Shown here: positions 10,218-21,085 of the stretch, one piece after another | How positions within the stretch are numbered: the stretch's first letter is position 1 | Layout of the letters: each line of letters opens with the position of its first letter | Source: an uncultured delta proteobacterium | GTDB lineage: Bacteria; Myxococcota; Myxococcia; SLRQ01 | Length of the DNA: 64,000 bases | Direction of reading: 5' to 3' | Assembly (NCBI GenBank): GCA_963727485.1 | Contig: CAVSGM010000003.1 | Location: forward strand, 352,001 to 416,000 | Notes under the pieces: generated by a model | Database searches by the model: none | What the model was told of the DNA's origin: nothing | Seen by the model: the letters and a program-made list of their open reading frames with translations, nothing else | Translations under genes and position numbers: made by a program

Positions 10218-12222
10218 ATGTCGGTTCAGGTGCCGCAGGCGGCGCGCGCGGCCACGGCTGTCGCGCGCCTCGCCCACCGGGCGCTGACGCTCGGGGCGGA
10301 CGCCGACGCCCTCTTCGAGGAGGCGGTGGCGGTGCTCCGGGAGGTCCTCGACGCCGACAGCGCCACGGTGCTGGAGCTGCTGCCCGCACAGCAGCGCCTG
10401 GAGCTCCGGGCCGCCAGCGGCTGGGAGCACCGCTCGGGATCGGTGGACGCCGCGGCGCCCGAGGCCTCCCTCGCCGCCTTCGCCCTGGCCCAGGGGCGCG
10501 CGGTGCGCGTCGACGACCTGGTCATGGAGACCCGGTGCGACCACGCGGTCCTCGACCAGGCGGGCTATCGGAGCGACATCGCCGCCCCGGTGGAGGGCGT
10601 GGCGGGCCCCTACGGCGTGGTCGGGGTCCACAGCCGCGAGCCGCTGCACTTCGACGACGCGGCGGTCGACTTCGTCACCTCGGTGACCGCGGTCCTCGCC
10701 CAGGCCATCGACCGGGCCCGGGCCGAGGGCGAGCTGCGCACCCGGGCCCAGCTCCTCGATGCGGTGGGCGAGGCGGTGATCGCCGTCGATTCTCGGGGGC
10801 TTCATCCGCTACTGGAACCGCGCGGCGACCGACCTCTACGGGTGGGCCGCGGACGAGATCCTGGGCCAGCCGGCGGAGCTGCTGAGCACCACCGAGGAGG
10901 TCCGCCGGGCCCAGGCCGCCATCCGCGCGCACCTCGCCGCCGGTCGGCCCTTCACCGGCGAGATGGTGGTGCGCCGCAAGGACGGGGGCCAGGTGCCGGT
11001 GCAGGTCACCTCGACCCCGCTCCTCGACGCCCAGGGGAACCTCACCGGGGTGGTGGCCGCGGTGGCCGACCAGACCCAGCGCCTGGCCCTCGAGTCCCGG
11101 ATGCGCCACGCGGTGAAGATGGAGGCGGTGGGGCGGCTCGCCGGGGGCGTGGCCCACGACTTCAACAACATCCTCGGGGCCATCCTCGGCCACGCCGAGC
11201 TCCTCCTCCGGCGCCCGGACCTGCCCCAGGGCGCGCGGCCGGACGTCGCCGCCATCCGCCGCTCGGTGGAGCGCGCCGCGGTGCTCACCCGCCAGCTCCT
11301 CGCCTTCGGTCGCCGGCAGCTCCTCTCGCCGGTGGTGGTGGACCCGGCGGTGGAGCTGCGCCGCCTCGAGCCGGTGATCCGCCGCCTGGTGGGTGAGGAC
11401 GTGGAGGTCCGGGTCGCCGTCGCCGACGACTGCGGCCACCTGCGGGTGGACCGCAACCAGCTCGAGCAGGTGGTGCTGAGCCTCGCCGCCAACGGCGCCG
11501 AGGCCATGGACGGCCGGGGCACCCTCACCGTGACCCTGGAGGCCGTGGTCCCCGACGCGGCGCTCCGGGCCCGGGTCGACCACCTCCCCGAGGGGCCCTG
11601 CCTCGCCCTCTCGGTCACCGACACCGGGGCGGGCATCGACCCCGCCGACCTGGGCCGGATCTTCAATCCCTTCTTCAGCACCAAGGGTCTGGGCCACGGT
11701 CTGGGCCTGGCGGCGGTCCACGGCACGGTGCGCCAGAGTGGGGGCGCGGTGGGGGTCGAGGCCCTCCCGGGCGGGGGCACCCGGTTCACCGTCTACCTCC
11801 CCCAGGTCCCGGCCCCGGTGGCCACGCCGCCCCCGCCGCGGCCGGCTCCCCGGGTCCGACCGGCGAGGCTGCTCCTGGTCGAGGACGACCTGCTGGTCCG
11901 CCGGGTGGTGCAGCGGATCCTCGAGGCCGCCGGCTACGTGGTGGAGGCGGTCCCGAGCGCCCCCGAGGCCCTCGCCCGGATCGAGGCCGAGGGACGGCTC
12001 CCGGAGCTCCTGGTCACCGACGTGGCCATGCCCGGGACCTCGGGCCCGGCCCTGGCCACCGCGCTCCGGCGCCAGGGGCCGCTGCCGGTGCTCTTCATCT
12101 CCGGGTACGCCGGCCACCCGGCCCTGGAGGCGGCGGCGGGCCTCGAGGACACCGAGCTGGTGACCAAGCCCTTCACCCCCGAGGCGCTCCTGGAGGCGGT
12201 GGCGCGGCTCCTCGGGGGGTGA
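10218..12222 (+). CDS. GAF-PAS-HisKA-HATPase-REC hybrid sensor kinase; one +1 frameshift at ~10790
   Basis: N-terminal GAF; removing one T at 10788-10792 gives the PAS sequence AVDLGGFIRYWNRAATDLYGW; AGGVAHDFNN H-box; C-terminal receiver (VEDD, TDVAMP, KPF). Confidence 0.88.
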
Positions 12223-12238
12223 GTAGGATGGCGCGGTC

Positions 12239-12562
12239 ATGCCGCCGTCCTTCGTCCCCGCCGCCCGCGTCGACGCCCTCCCCGAGGGGCGGGGCCTCAC
12301 GGTGGAGGTCGGGGGGCGGCCGTTGGCCCTGTTCCGGGTGCGGGGCCGGGTGTGCGCGGTCGCCGACACCTGCCCCCACCGGGGGGCGAGCCTCGGCGAG
12401 GAGGGCCGCCTCGACGCCGCCGGCCACCTCACCTGCGCCTGGCACGGGTGGACCTTCGACCCGGTGACCGGGGTCCGGGTGCGCACCGGCGCGCGGTGCC
12501 TCGCCACCTACCCGGTGCGGGTGGACGACGGGATCATCTACGTGGGGCTCGAGGCGCGGTGA
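12239..12562 (+). CDS. Rieske [2Fe-2S] ferredoxin
   Basis: CPH...CAWHG Rieske ligands in a 107-aa protein. Confidence 0.9.
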   Translation: MPPSFVPAARVDALPEGRGLTVEVGGRPLALFRVRGRVCAVADTCPHRGASLGEEGRLDAAGHLTCAWHGWTFDPVTGVRVRTGARCLATYPVRVDDGIIYVGLEAR

Positions 12563-14223
12563 TCCAGATGTCCTCGGGCTGCCACCAGAAGATGCTCGGG
12601 CGCACCCCGCGCAGCCGCCGGGAGACCAGGGTCGGGTTCGACTGGACGTAGAGGAAGTCCACGGGCTGGGCGGCGAAGATGCGGCCGGTGAGCTTCCGGT
12701 AGAGGGCGTGGCGCCTGGCCGGGTCCAGGGTGCGCCGCGCCTGGTCCATGATCCGGTCGGACTCGGGGTCGCGGTAGGCGAAGTAGTTGGACCCGTGCTC
12801 GACGCTGGAGCTGGCCCACTGGGGCACCGGGTCCATCCGCGGGCCCGGGTCGGCGGCGAGCGCGGTGGCGTCGAACTCCCCGTGCTGGTAGCGGGTGACG
12901 ATGCTGGACCACTCGTTCTGCTGGATGCGCACCTCGATGCCCGCCTTGCCGTAGGCGTCCTTCATCAGGGTGGCGATCTTCACGCTCACCGGGGACGCCG
13001 GGTAGATGAGCAGGGAGAAGCGGAACGGGTGCCCGTCGCGGTCGAGGATCCCGTCGCCGTCGTGGTCCTTCCACCCGGCCGCCGCCAGGAGCCGGACCGC
13101 CGCCTCGGGATCGTGGGGCAGGGGTTTCAGGGCCGGGTCGCAGTCCGGGCCCCGCTGGTAGAAGGGGCAGGTCGACGGGGTCACGAGGTTCCGCTCGATG
13201 TCCCGGATCAGGGCGCTGGCGGGGAAGAGCATCGCCAGGGCCCGGCGCACCCGGACGTCGGAGAACATCGGGCGCCGGGTGTTCCAGCCCACGTAGACGA
13301 AGGCCGTCTCCGGGGCGAGCACCCGGTGGTACTGGCGCGCGAGATCCCGGTCGGTGGTCATCTGCGCCCAGTCGGCGGGCTGGACCGCGTCGGCGAGGTC
13401 GAGCTCGCCCCGGAGGCAGAGCTGGTGGGCGATCTCGTTGTCCGGGAGGATCCGGTAGATGACCCGGTCCAGGTAGGCCTTGCGGCCCCAGTAGCCCGGG
13501 TTGCGCTTCAGGACGATGCGCTCGGCGGTGTCCCAGCGCACGAAGGAGAAGGGCCCGGTGCCCACCGGGTGTCGGTTGAGGGGGTTGGTGGCGGCGTCGT
13601 CGTACTGCCGGCCGGTGAGCCTGGCGATCACGTGGGCGGGCTGGATGGGCACCTGGGCCACCGCGTCGAGGACGAAGGCGTAGGGCTGGTGCCACACCAG
13701 CTCCACCGTGTGGGGATCGACCACGACCACCTGGTCCAAGAGCTGGAAGAGGGGCCGCAGATTCGAAGGCCTTCACCGCCGGGTCCCGGAGCTTGGCGAA
13801 GGTGGCGGCGACGTCGGCGGCGGTGAACGGGGTGCCGTCGTCGAAGCGCACCCCGGGGCGCAGGTGGAAGGTCCAGGTGCGGCCGTCCTTGGAGACCTCC
13901 CAGCGCGTGGCGAGCTCGGGGACGATCTTGTAGTCCGGGTCGTCGTAGGGGTCCCGGCGCACCAGGGCCTGGGTCACGTGGTGGAGGACGATCCAGCTCG
14001 CCATCCCGCTGCCGGCGGTCAGGGGGTTGAGGGACGACGGCTCGTAGTAGGCGCGGACGGTGAGGGTGCCGCCGCGCCGGGGGGGGCCCTGGGTCTCGGA
14101 GGCCGGCAGCCCGCCGCGCACCCACAGGGGATCGGCGGCGGCCTTCGGCTTCCCGTGGCCCTCGCAGCCGTGGCAGGCGGGAGCGAGGGCCAGGAGCATC
14201 AGGAGGGCGGCGAGGCGGCGCAC
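12534..14223 (-). CDS. ABC transporter peptide/nickel-type substrate-binding lipoprotein (family 5); one +1 frameshift at ~13762
   Basis: Signal peptide with Cys, PELATRWEVS.DG.TWTFHLRPGV.F.DG, PVGTGPF, VRRALA. Removing one T at 13760-13764 restores KAFDLRPLFQLLDQ. Confidence 0.85.
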
Positions 14224-14301
14224 GCCGGGAGCGTCGCCGGTGCGGGCGGTCGTGGCAAGGGCCCAGGTGCGGGCGTGGATCGCCGGTGCTAAGTAGTCTC
14301 C

Positions 14302-15511
14302 ATGCGACTCTATCGAGCCCCGAAGGTCTTCGTCGGTACCGGCGCGCCTCCCCTCGACGACGGCGCGGTCCTGGTCGGCGACGACGGGCGCATCGCCGCG
14401 GTGGGCCCGGCCCGGGAGGTGAGCGCCCCGGGGGCCGAGGTCATCGAGACCCAGGGCACCCTGATGCCCGGCCTCGTCGACTGCCACGTCCACCTCTGCC
14501 TCTCCGGGGGCACCGACCCCGGGGGCGAGGTCCAGGTCACGCCGCTGCCGGTGGTGGCGCTCCAGGGCGCGGCGGCGCTCCGGGCCCACCTCGCCGCCGG
14601 CGTGACCACCGTCCGCGACCTGGGATCGGTGGGGGGCATCGCCGTCGCCCTGGGGCGGCTGGTCGACGCCGGGCGCCTCCCCGGGCCCCGGGTGATCGCC
14701 GCCGGCCGCGCCCTGTGCATCACCGGCGGCCACGGGGCCTTCATCGGCCGGGAGGTCGACGGGCCCTGGGAGGTGGCCGAGGCGGTACGCTCGGAGATGA
14801 AGGCCGGGGCCACCTGCATCAAGGTCATCGCCACCGGGGGGATGATGACGCCGGGGGTCGAGCCCGGCGCGCCCCAGATGACCCTGGAGGAGATGCGCGC
14901 CGCGGTCTTTGAGGCCACCCGCGCCGGGCGCCGGGTCGCGGCCCACGCCCAGGGATTCCGCGGGCATCGCCGACGCCCTGCGCGCCGGGGTCGCCACCAT
15001 CGAGCACGGGATCTTCATCGACGCCGACTGCCTCACCCTCTTCCAGGAGACCGGCGCGTATCTCGTGCCCACCTTCAGCGCCACCGACGGCATCCTCTCG
15101 GGGAAGGATTGCGGGGTCCCGGACTTCATCGTCGCCAAGATGGAGAAGGCGGCGGGGAGCCACGTGGCCTCGTTCCAGAAGGCGCTGGGCGCCGGGGTCC
15201 ACGTGGCCGCGGGCACCGACGGGGGCACGCCGCTGAACCCCCACGGGAACCTCGCCCACGAGATCCAGGCGATGGTGCGCTACGGGATGCCCGTCCTCGA
15301 GGCCCTGGCGGCGGCCACCGGCCACGCCGCCGCGGCGCTCGGGCGCGACGACGTGGGCGTGCTGGCCCCCGGCCGCCGGGCGGACCTGGTGGCCCTGGAC
15401 GGCGATCCGGTGGACGACGTCGAGGCGGTGGAGGCGGTCACCTGGGTGATGAAGGACGGCCGGGTCTTCGAGCCCGCCGACCTCACCCCCGCAGAAGGGA
15501 TGCTCCTGTGA
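14302..15511 (+). CDS. Metal-dependent amidohydrolase (Xaa-Pro dipeptidase-like subgroup); one +1 frameshift at ~14956
   Basis: PGLVDCHVH, IKVIATGG, AAHAQG, TIEHG, GTDGG, G.LAPGRRADLV. The two halves join if GATTC at 14954-14958 is GATC. Confidence 0.85.
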
Positions 15512-16551
15512 GCGACACCATGAAGGCGGCCTACCTCACGGGCCACGGCGGCCTCGAGGTCCTTGCGTATGGCGACCTGCCGGTCCCCGAGCCCGGCCCC
15601 GGCGAGGCGCGGGTGGCGGTCAGGGCGGTGGCGCTCAACCACCTCGACGTCTTCGTGCGCCGGGGGTGGAAGGGCCTGAAGCTCGCCTTCCCCCACGTGG
15701 TGGGCTCGGACGCCGCCGGGGTGGTGGACGCGGTGGGCCCCGGGGTCGAGGGCCTGGCCGTGGGCGACGCGGTGGTCCTCGCCGCCGGGTGGAGCTGCGG
15801 CCGGTGCCGCGCCTGCCTCGCGGGCAACGAGCACCTCTGCCGGCAGTACCATCTGTTCGGCGAGCACCGCGGCGGCGCCGGGGCCGGGCGCTTCGTGGCC
15901 CCGGCGCGAAACCTGCTCCCCAAGCCAGACGGGCTCTCCTTCGTGGACGCGGCGGCGGTGGGCGTCGCCTACCTCACCGCCTGGCACATGCTGGTGACCC
16001 GGGCGCAGGTGCGCCTGGGCGAGACGGTGCTGGTCCACGGGGCCTCGGCGGGGGTGAGCGTCGCCGGGATCCGAATCGCCCGGCGCCTGGGGGCGCGGGT
16101 CATCGCCACCACCAGCAGCCCCCAGAAGGCCGCCCGGGCCCAGGAGCTCGGCGCCGACGCGGTGATCGACTACACCCGCGAGGACCTCAAGGCGCGGCTC
16201 AAGGCCCTGGCGCCCGAGGGGGTGGAGGTGGTCTTCGAGCACCCCGGCGCCGCCACCTTCGACCTCTCGGTGAAGGCGCTGGCCCAGGGCGGGCGGGTGG
16301 TGACCTGCGGGGCCACCACCGGGCCCGAGGTGGCCCTCGACCTGCGGCGCCTGTTCATGAAGCAGGCGTCGCTGCTGGGCTCGACCATGGGCACCCGCGC
16401 CGAGCTGATGGCGGTCTTGGACGAGGTCGCCGCCGGGAACCTCCGGGTCGTGGTCGACCGGGTGCTGCCCCTCTCGGAGATCCACGAAGGCCACCGGGCC
16501 CTGGAGTCCGGGGCGCACTTCGGCAAGATCGTCCTCGAGCCGCCGGCCTAG
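15508..16551 (+). CDS. Zinc-binding dehydrogenase / quinone oxidoreductase (MDR family)
   Basis: ALNHLD, GSDAAG, structural-Zn CGRCRAC..C, VHGASAGVS, GKIVL C-terminus. Confidence 0.88.
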   Translation: MSDTMKAAYLTGHGGLEVLAYGDLPVPEPGPGEARVAVRAVALNHLDVFVRRGWKGLKLAFPHVVGSDAAGVVDAVGPGVEGLAVGDAVVLAAGWSCGRCRACLAGNEHLCRQYHLFGEHRGGAGAGRFVAPARNLLPKPDGLSFVDAAAVGVAYLTAWHMLVTRAQVRLGETVLVHGASAGVSVAGIRIARRLGARVIATTSSPQKAARAQELGADAVIDYTREDLKARLKALAPEGVEVVFEHPGAATFDLSVKALAQGGRVVTCGATTGPEVALDLRRLFMKQASLLGSTMGTRAELMAVLDEVAAGNLRVVVDRVLPLSEIHEGHRALESGAHFGKIVLEPPA

Positions 16552-17549
16552 GCGAGGTCCCGGGAGGGCGGCGCCATGAACTCGGGCCCCACCGGGTCGG
16601 TGATGGTCTCGGCGAGGATCCGGTCCACCTCCAGGCGCACCTCGGGGTCGAGGCACCAGTCCCCCGCCACCGCAGGCACCGGGTCGAGCTGCTCCGGGCG
16701 CCGGGCGCCCCAGAGGGCCACGCTCACCCCGGGCTGGTCGAGGACCCAGCGCACCGCGAGATCGAGGACGCCGCGGTTGAAGCGCCTCTTGGCCAGGGCG
16801 TCGAGGCGGCGCACCGCCTCCAGGTACGAGGCGTAGCGCGGCGGCTGGAACTTGGGGTCGTCCTGGCGCAGGTCGTCGCCGGTGAAGGCGGTGTCCTGGG
16901 ACATCCGGCCGCTGAGCAGGCCCCGGCACAACGCCCCGTAGGTGAGGGTGGCGATCCGGTACTCGTGGCAGTAGGGGAGCACGTCGTCCTCCGCCTGCCG
17001 CTCGAAGAGGTTGTAGGGGGGCTGGGCCACGTGGATCGGCGCCACCCGGCGGAAGGCGTCCATCTGCGCCGGGGAGAAGTTGCTCACCCCGATGGCGCGG
17101 ATCTTCCCGGCCTCGAGGAGCGCGGCCATGGCCTCGGCGGTCTCCTCCACCGGGACGAAGGGATCGGGCCAGTGGACCTGGTAGACGTCCACGTGGTCGG
17201 TCTTCAGGCGCTCCAGGGAGTCGTCGATCTCGGCGAAGATCCGCGCCCGGGTGGCGTTGCGCCGCACCTGGTGGTCGGCGGTCCACTCCAGGCCGACCTT
17301 GGTGCACAGGACCACGCGATCCCGCCGCCCACCCTCGGCGAGCGCCCGGCCCACCAGCGCCTCGCTCTTCCCGAAGCCGTAGGCGGGGGCGGTGTCGATG
17401 AGGGTGATGCCCTGATCGAGGGCCCGGCGGACGGTGGCGATCGAGGCCTCGTCGTCGGTGCCCCCCCACATGGCCCCGCCGATGGCCCAGGTGCCCAGGC
17501 CGATGCGGGAGGCGACGAGCTCGGTGCCGTCGAGATGGATGGTCTGCAT
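16548..17549 (-). CDS. Aldo/keto reductase
   Basis: GLGTWAIGG, IDTAPAYG, TKVG, DVYQVHWPD, IGVSNF. Confidence 0.93.
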   Translation of the reverse strand: MQTIHLDGTELVASRIGLGTWAIGGAMWGGTDDEASIATVRRALDQGITLIDTAPAYGFGKSEALVGRALAEGGRRDRVVLCTKVGLEWTADHQVRRNATRARIFAEIDDSLERLKTDHVDVYQVHWPDPFVPVEETAEAMAALLEAGKIRAIGVSNFSPAQMDAFRRVAPIHVAQPPYNLFERQAEDDVLPYCHEYRIATLTYGALCRGLLSGRMSQDTAFTGDDLRQDDPKFQPPRYASYLEAVRRLDALAKRRFNRGVLDLAVRWVLDQPGVSVALWGARRPEQLDPVPAVAGDWCLDPEVRLEVDRILAETITDPVGPEFMAPPSRDLA

Positions 17550-17600
17550 GGTCCGAAGGTTAGGGACGCCGGACCGGAGGGCAACGGACCCCGCGCCGGA

Positions 17601-19061
17601 TCAGGCGAGGTTCACCCACACGCTCTTGGTCTCGGTGTAGAGCTCGAGGGCGTTCTCCCCCAGCTCCCGGCCGAAGCCCGACGCCTTGAACCCGCCGAAG
17701 GGCAGGGCGGGGTCGTAGAGGTTGTAGGTGTTGATCCACACGGTGCCCGCCTTGAGGTTCTGGGCGACCCGGTGGGCCCGGCCCACGTCCCGGGTGTGGA
17801 TCCCCGCGGCCAGCCCGTAGGGGTTGGCGTTGGCGAGCGCCACCGCGTCGGCCTCGTCGTCGAAGGGGATGACCGCCAGGACCGGCCCGAAGATCTCCTC
17901 CCGGGCGATGGTCATCTCGTTGTTCACCTCGGCGAAGACGGTGGGCCTGACGTAGTAGCCCTTGCCGCCCACGTCGGCGCGCTCGCCGCCGGCGGCGACC
18001 TTCGCCCCCTCGGCCTTGCCCTTCTCGATGTAGCCGAGGACCCGCTCGAGCTGCTTCTGGCTGACCACCGGCCCCATGCGGGTGGTCTTCTCCCGGGGGT
18101 CGCCGAGGACGTACTTGTCGGCCTTCTCGGCGAGCGCCGCCACCACCTCGTCGTGGATGGGGCGCTCCACCAGCAGGCGCGAGCCGGCGGCGCAGACCTC
18201 GCCCTTGTTGTAGAAGATGCCGGTGAGCGCGGCCTTCACCGCCGCGCCCACGTCGGCGTCGGCGAACACCAGGTTGGGGCTCTTGCCCCCGAGCTCCAGG
18301 CTCACCCGCTTCATGGTGCCGGCGGCGGTCTGCATCACCTTGCGGCCCACGGCGGTGGAGCCGGTGAAGGCGACCTTGTCGACCTCGGGGTTCTCGACCA
18401 GGGCCTGCCCGGCCTCGTGCCCGTAGCCGGGGACGACGTTGAGGACCCCGTCGGGGACCCCGGCCTCCTTGGCGAGCGCTCCGAGCTCCAGGGCGGTCAG
18501 CGGCGTGAGCTCGGCGGGCTTGAGGATCACCGAGCACCCGGCGGCGAGCGCCGGGGCCACCTTCCACATGGCCATGAGCATGGGGAAGTTCCAGGGCACG
18601 ATGGCGCCGACGACGCCCACCGGCTGGCGCAGGGTGTAGGTCAGGGCGCCCGGCTTGTTGAGGCTGGTCATCCCGTGGACCTTGGTGGCCCACCCGGCGT
18701 AGTAGCGCAGGAGCTCGGCGGCAAACGGGATTTCGATCTTCCCCGAGTCGAAGAGGGTCTTCCCGGTGTCGAGGGTCTCGAGCATCGCCAGGTGCTTGAC
18801 GTTGGCGTCGATGAGCTCGGCGAGCTTCCACAGGATCCGCGCCCGGTGCGAGGCGTCGAGGCCCGACCAGCGCCCGTCCTCGAAGGCCACCCGGGCGGCG
18901 GCGGCGGCCCGGGAGATGTCGGCGGCGTCGCCCCGGGCGATGTTCGCGGTGGTCTCCTCGGTGGCGGGGTTCACGGTGGCGAAGGTCTCGCCGCTCGCGG
19001 CGTCCTGCCAGGTGCCGTCGATGAAGAGCTTCGTGTAGCGGACCTCGGTGGCGTCGGCCAT
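17601..19061 (-). CDS. NAD-dependent aldehyde dehydrogenase
   Basis: PWNFP, LKPAE, FTGST, LELGGKSP, catalytic GEVCAAG, EEIFGP; AGGAGG RBS. Confidence 0.95.
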   Translation of the reverse strand: MADATEVRYTKLFIDGTWQDAASGETFATVNPATEETTANIARGDAADISRAAAAARVAFEDGRWSGLDASHRARILWKLAELIDANVKHLAMLETLDTGKTLFDSGKIEIPFAAELLRYYAGWATKVHGMTSLNKPGALTYTLRQPVGVVGAIVPWNFPMLMAMWKVAPALAAGCSVILKPAELTPLTALELGALAKEAGVPDGVLNVVPGYGHEAGQALVENPEVDKVAFTGSTAVGRKVMQTAAGTMKRVSLELGGKSPNLVFADADVGAAVKAALTGIFYNKGEVCAAGSRLLVERPIHDEVVAALAEKADKYVLGDPREKTTRMGPVVSQKQLERVLGYIEKGKAEGAKVAAGGERADVGGKGYYVRPTVFAEVNNEMTIAREEIFGPVLAVIPFDDEADAVALANANPYGLAAGIHTRDVGRAHRVAQNLKAGTVWINTYNLYDPALPFGGFKASGFGRELGENALELYTETKSVWVNLA

Positions 19062-19164
19062 GGGTGCCTCCTGGAGTGGGTGGGTCCGGGTGGGACCGGG
19101 GGCCGGACGGTAGAACGTGAGGTGGGGTCGGTCAACGGAGGGGGCCGGTGCTACGCTCGGACCC

Positions 19165-19405
19165 ATGCCCACCGGCGATCCCCAGCGCACCCGCCGCCCC
19201 GTCATCGCCGTCATCGGCGGCGGCGACGGCGGCGACGGCGCCGGCGGGCCAGGCCCTCGACGGCCGGCGCGGGGACACGGTGCGCGGCCCGCTCTCCCCG
19301 GCCGAGGCGGTGGCCGAGATGGGGCGGATCACGCGCTGGGAGCCCGCGCTTCCTCGAAGGTCGGAAGGGCGACTTTCGATCTTCGAGGATCCCCGCCGGC
19401 GGCCC
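19165..19405 (+). pseudogene. Internally deleted remnant of a TIGR00725/LOG-family protein
   Basis: N-terminus RRPVIAVIGG is followed, in another frame, by AGQALDGRRGDTVRGPLSPAEAVAE, which resembles the family C-terminus. The core (GGxxGxM, GTLxE) is absent. Junction lies in a GGCGGCGAC tandem. Confidence 0.45.
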
Positions 19406-20047
19406 TCACCCCCGCACGAAGGGGTTCGTCTGCTTCTCGCGCCCGATGGTGGTGTCCGGGCCGTGGCCCGAGTGGACCACCGTGTCGTCGGGGAGCGTGT
19501 AGAGCCGGGCCTTGATCCCCTGCTCCAGCGCCTCGTAGCTGCCCCCGGGGAAGTCGGTCCGCCCGATGCTCCCGGCGAAGAGGGTGTCACCGGTGATCAC
19601 GTGGCCGGGGAAGACCAGCGCGCAGCCCCCCGGCGTGTGCCCGGGCACCTGGCGGATCTCCAGCTTCAGCGACCCCACCTCGAGCACCTGCCCGTCCTCG
19701 AGCCACCCGTCGACCTCGGGCTCGGGGATCGGCGGGAAGCCGAAGAGGGCGCACTGCTGGGCCACCTGCTCGATCCACATCTTCTCGCCGGGGTGGATGT
19801 AGAGCGGTATGCCGTAGCGCGCCTTCACCCGGTGGATGCCGGCGATGTGGTCGATGTGCCCGTGGGTGTTGACGATGGCCTTGGGCTCGAGGCCGTGGCG
19901 GGTCAGCGCCGCCTCGACGAGGATGCTCTCCCGGTCGTCGAAGTTGCCGGGGTCGACCAGGATCGCGTCGCCGGTCTCGTCGTCGCCGACGATCCAGGTG
20001 TTCTCCTGGAACGGGCCGACGACGACGCACTCGAAGTGGAGCGCCAT
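19406..20047 (-). CDS. MBL-fold metallo-hydrolase (glyoxalase II/GloC-like)
   Basis: THGHIDH, PGHTPG, GDTLF.GSIGRTD, GHG motifs. Confidence 0.92.
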   Translation of the reverse strand: MALHFECVVVGPFQENTWIVGDDETGDAILVDPGNFDDRESILVEAALTRHGLEPKAIVNTHGHIDHIAGIHRVKARYGIPLYIHPGEKMWIEQVAQQCALFGFPPIPEPEVDGWLEDGQVLEVGSLKLEIRQVPGHTPGGCALVFPGHVITGDTLFAGSIGRTDFPGGSYEALEQGIKARLYTLPDDTVVHSGHGPDTTIGREKQTNPFVRG

Positions 20048-20060
20048 CGCGAACGCAGGG

Positions 20061-20439
20061 CTAGGCGAAGGAGCTGCCGCAGCCGCAGGTGGTGGTGACG
20101 TTGGGGTTCTGGAACTTGAACCCCGAGCCCATCGGCGTGGTGGCCCAGTCGATCTCCGCAGCCGGCGAGGTAGCCGATGGAGAACCGGTCCACGAAGACC
20201 TTGAAGCTGCCCAGGTCCCACTCGCTGTCGCCGGGGCGCGGGGCGGCCTCGAAGTCCAGGGAGTACTGGAACCCGGCGCAGCCGCCGCCGACCACGCCGA
20301 CGCGCAGCCCGACGGCAGCCTCCCCACCCTGCTTCGCCCGGGTGGCGTTCTCCTCGTCCAGGGCGGTCTTCACCTGGGCGATGGCGGACTCGGTGAAGCG
20401 GACGGGGGCGTCGGTGGGGACATTCGCGGTTGCTTCCAT
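20061..20439 (-). CDS. HesB/IscA/ErpA A-type Fe-S carrier; one +1 frameshift at ~20158
   Basis: LRVGVVGGGCAGFQY and C-terminal CGCGSSF lie in different frames; total length is 3n+1. Confidence 0.9.
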
Positions 20440-20512
20440 GGCGGTCTCCAGTGTGGTCGCGGGGCCGGGGGTCGTCAAGCGGGCCTCGAGGGATCCCCGG
20501 GGGTCGGCGCCC

Positions 20513-20698
20513 TCAGCTCTCGGCGTCGCGCTCGGCGCGGCGGGCCTCGCGCTCGGCGCGCCGCTTCTCCCGGGCGGCGTCGCGCTCCTTCTGGCGCGCG
20601 TTGTCCTTCTGCACCGCCTTCCCGCCCCAGACCCAGCCAAGCGCCAGGCCGAAGAGGAAGATCGCGGGGATGTAGATGATGTGCTCAGGGGTCGGCAT
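20513..20698 (-). CDS. Small single-TM membrane protein, last gene of the ccm operon
   Basis: 61 aa: HIIYIP + hydrophobic helix + charged coiled tail; co-oriented with ccmD and preceded by a GAGG RBS. Confidence 0.7.
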   Translation of the reverse strand: MPTPEHIIYIPAIFLFGLALGWVWGGKAVQKDNARQKERDAAREKRRAEREARRAERDAES

Positions 20699-20707
20699 CG
20701 GGGGACC

Positions 20708-21085
20708 TCACTCGCTGGCGGCCTTCTCCAGGCGTCGGGTCAAAGAGGCGATCTCGTCCTCGACCTTCTTCTGCCGGCTGCGCAGGTAGATGACATAGAG
20801 GACCGTCATGGCCCAGATGAAGAGGTAGGCGATGACCACCAGGGGGGTGGCGCGGATCTGCGGCTGCGTGGCGGCGGCGCCGGAGACCGCCTGGAAGCCC
20901 GGGGGCGGCTTGGGGGCGGCGACCTCGGCGCCCGGGGGCGCCTTCTTGGCGGCAGCCGGAGCCGGGGCGGCGGCGGGCCCGGTGGCGGCCGCGGGCGCGG
21001 CGGCCGCCCCGCCGGTCTGGGCGAGGGCGGCGAGGGGAGAAACGGACAGCGCGAGGACGACGGCGAGGGCGAGGCGGGGCATCAC
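20708..21085 (-). CDS. ccmD: CcmD-like heme exporter subunit with N-terminal signal/Ala-Pro linker
   Basis: C-terminal LVVIAYLFIW...Y...L plus charged coil is typical of CcmD; lies directly after ccmC. Confidence 0.65.
   Translation of the reverse strand: MMPRLALAVVLALSVSPLAALAQTGGAAAAPAAATGPAAAPAPAAAKKAPPGAEVAAPKPPPGFQAVSGAAATQPQIRATPLVVIAYLFIWAMTVLYVIYLRSRQKKVEDEIASLTRRLEKAASE

Noticed and set aside
14302..16551. Apparent amidohydrolase-dehydrogenase fusion (749 aa)
   Set aside because: Produced by the indel at ~14956; after repair there are two genes with a GTGA overlap at 15508-15511.
15666..19502. Very long shadow ORFs (also 22643-25054, 24814-27189, 44309-46903, 58507-60606, 61375-63975)
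   Set aside because: Antisense or off-frame shadows of real genes, expected in high-GC DNA; Arg/Gly/Pro-rich with no motifs.
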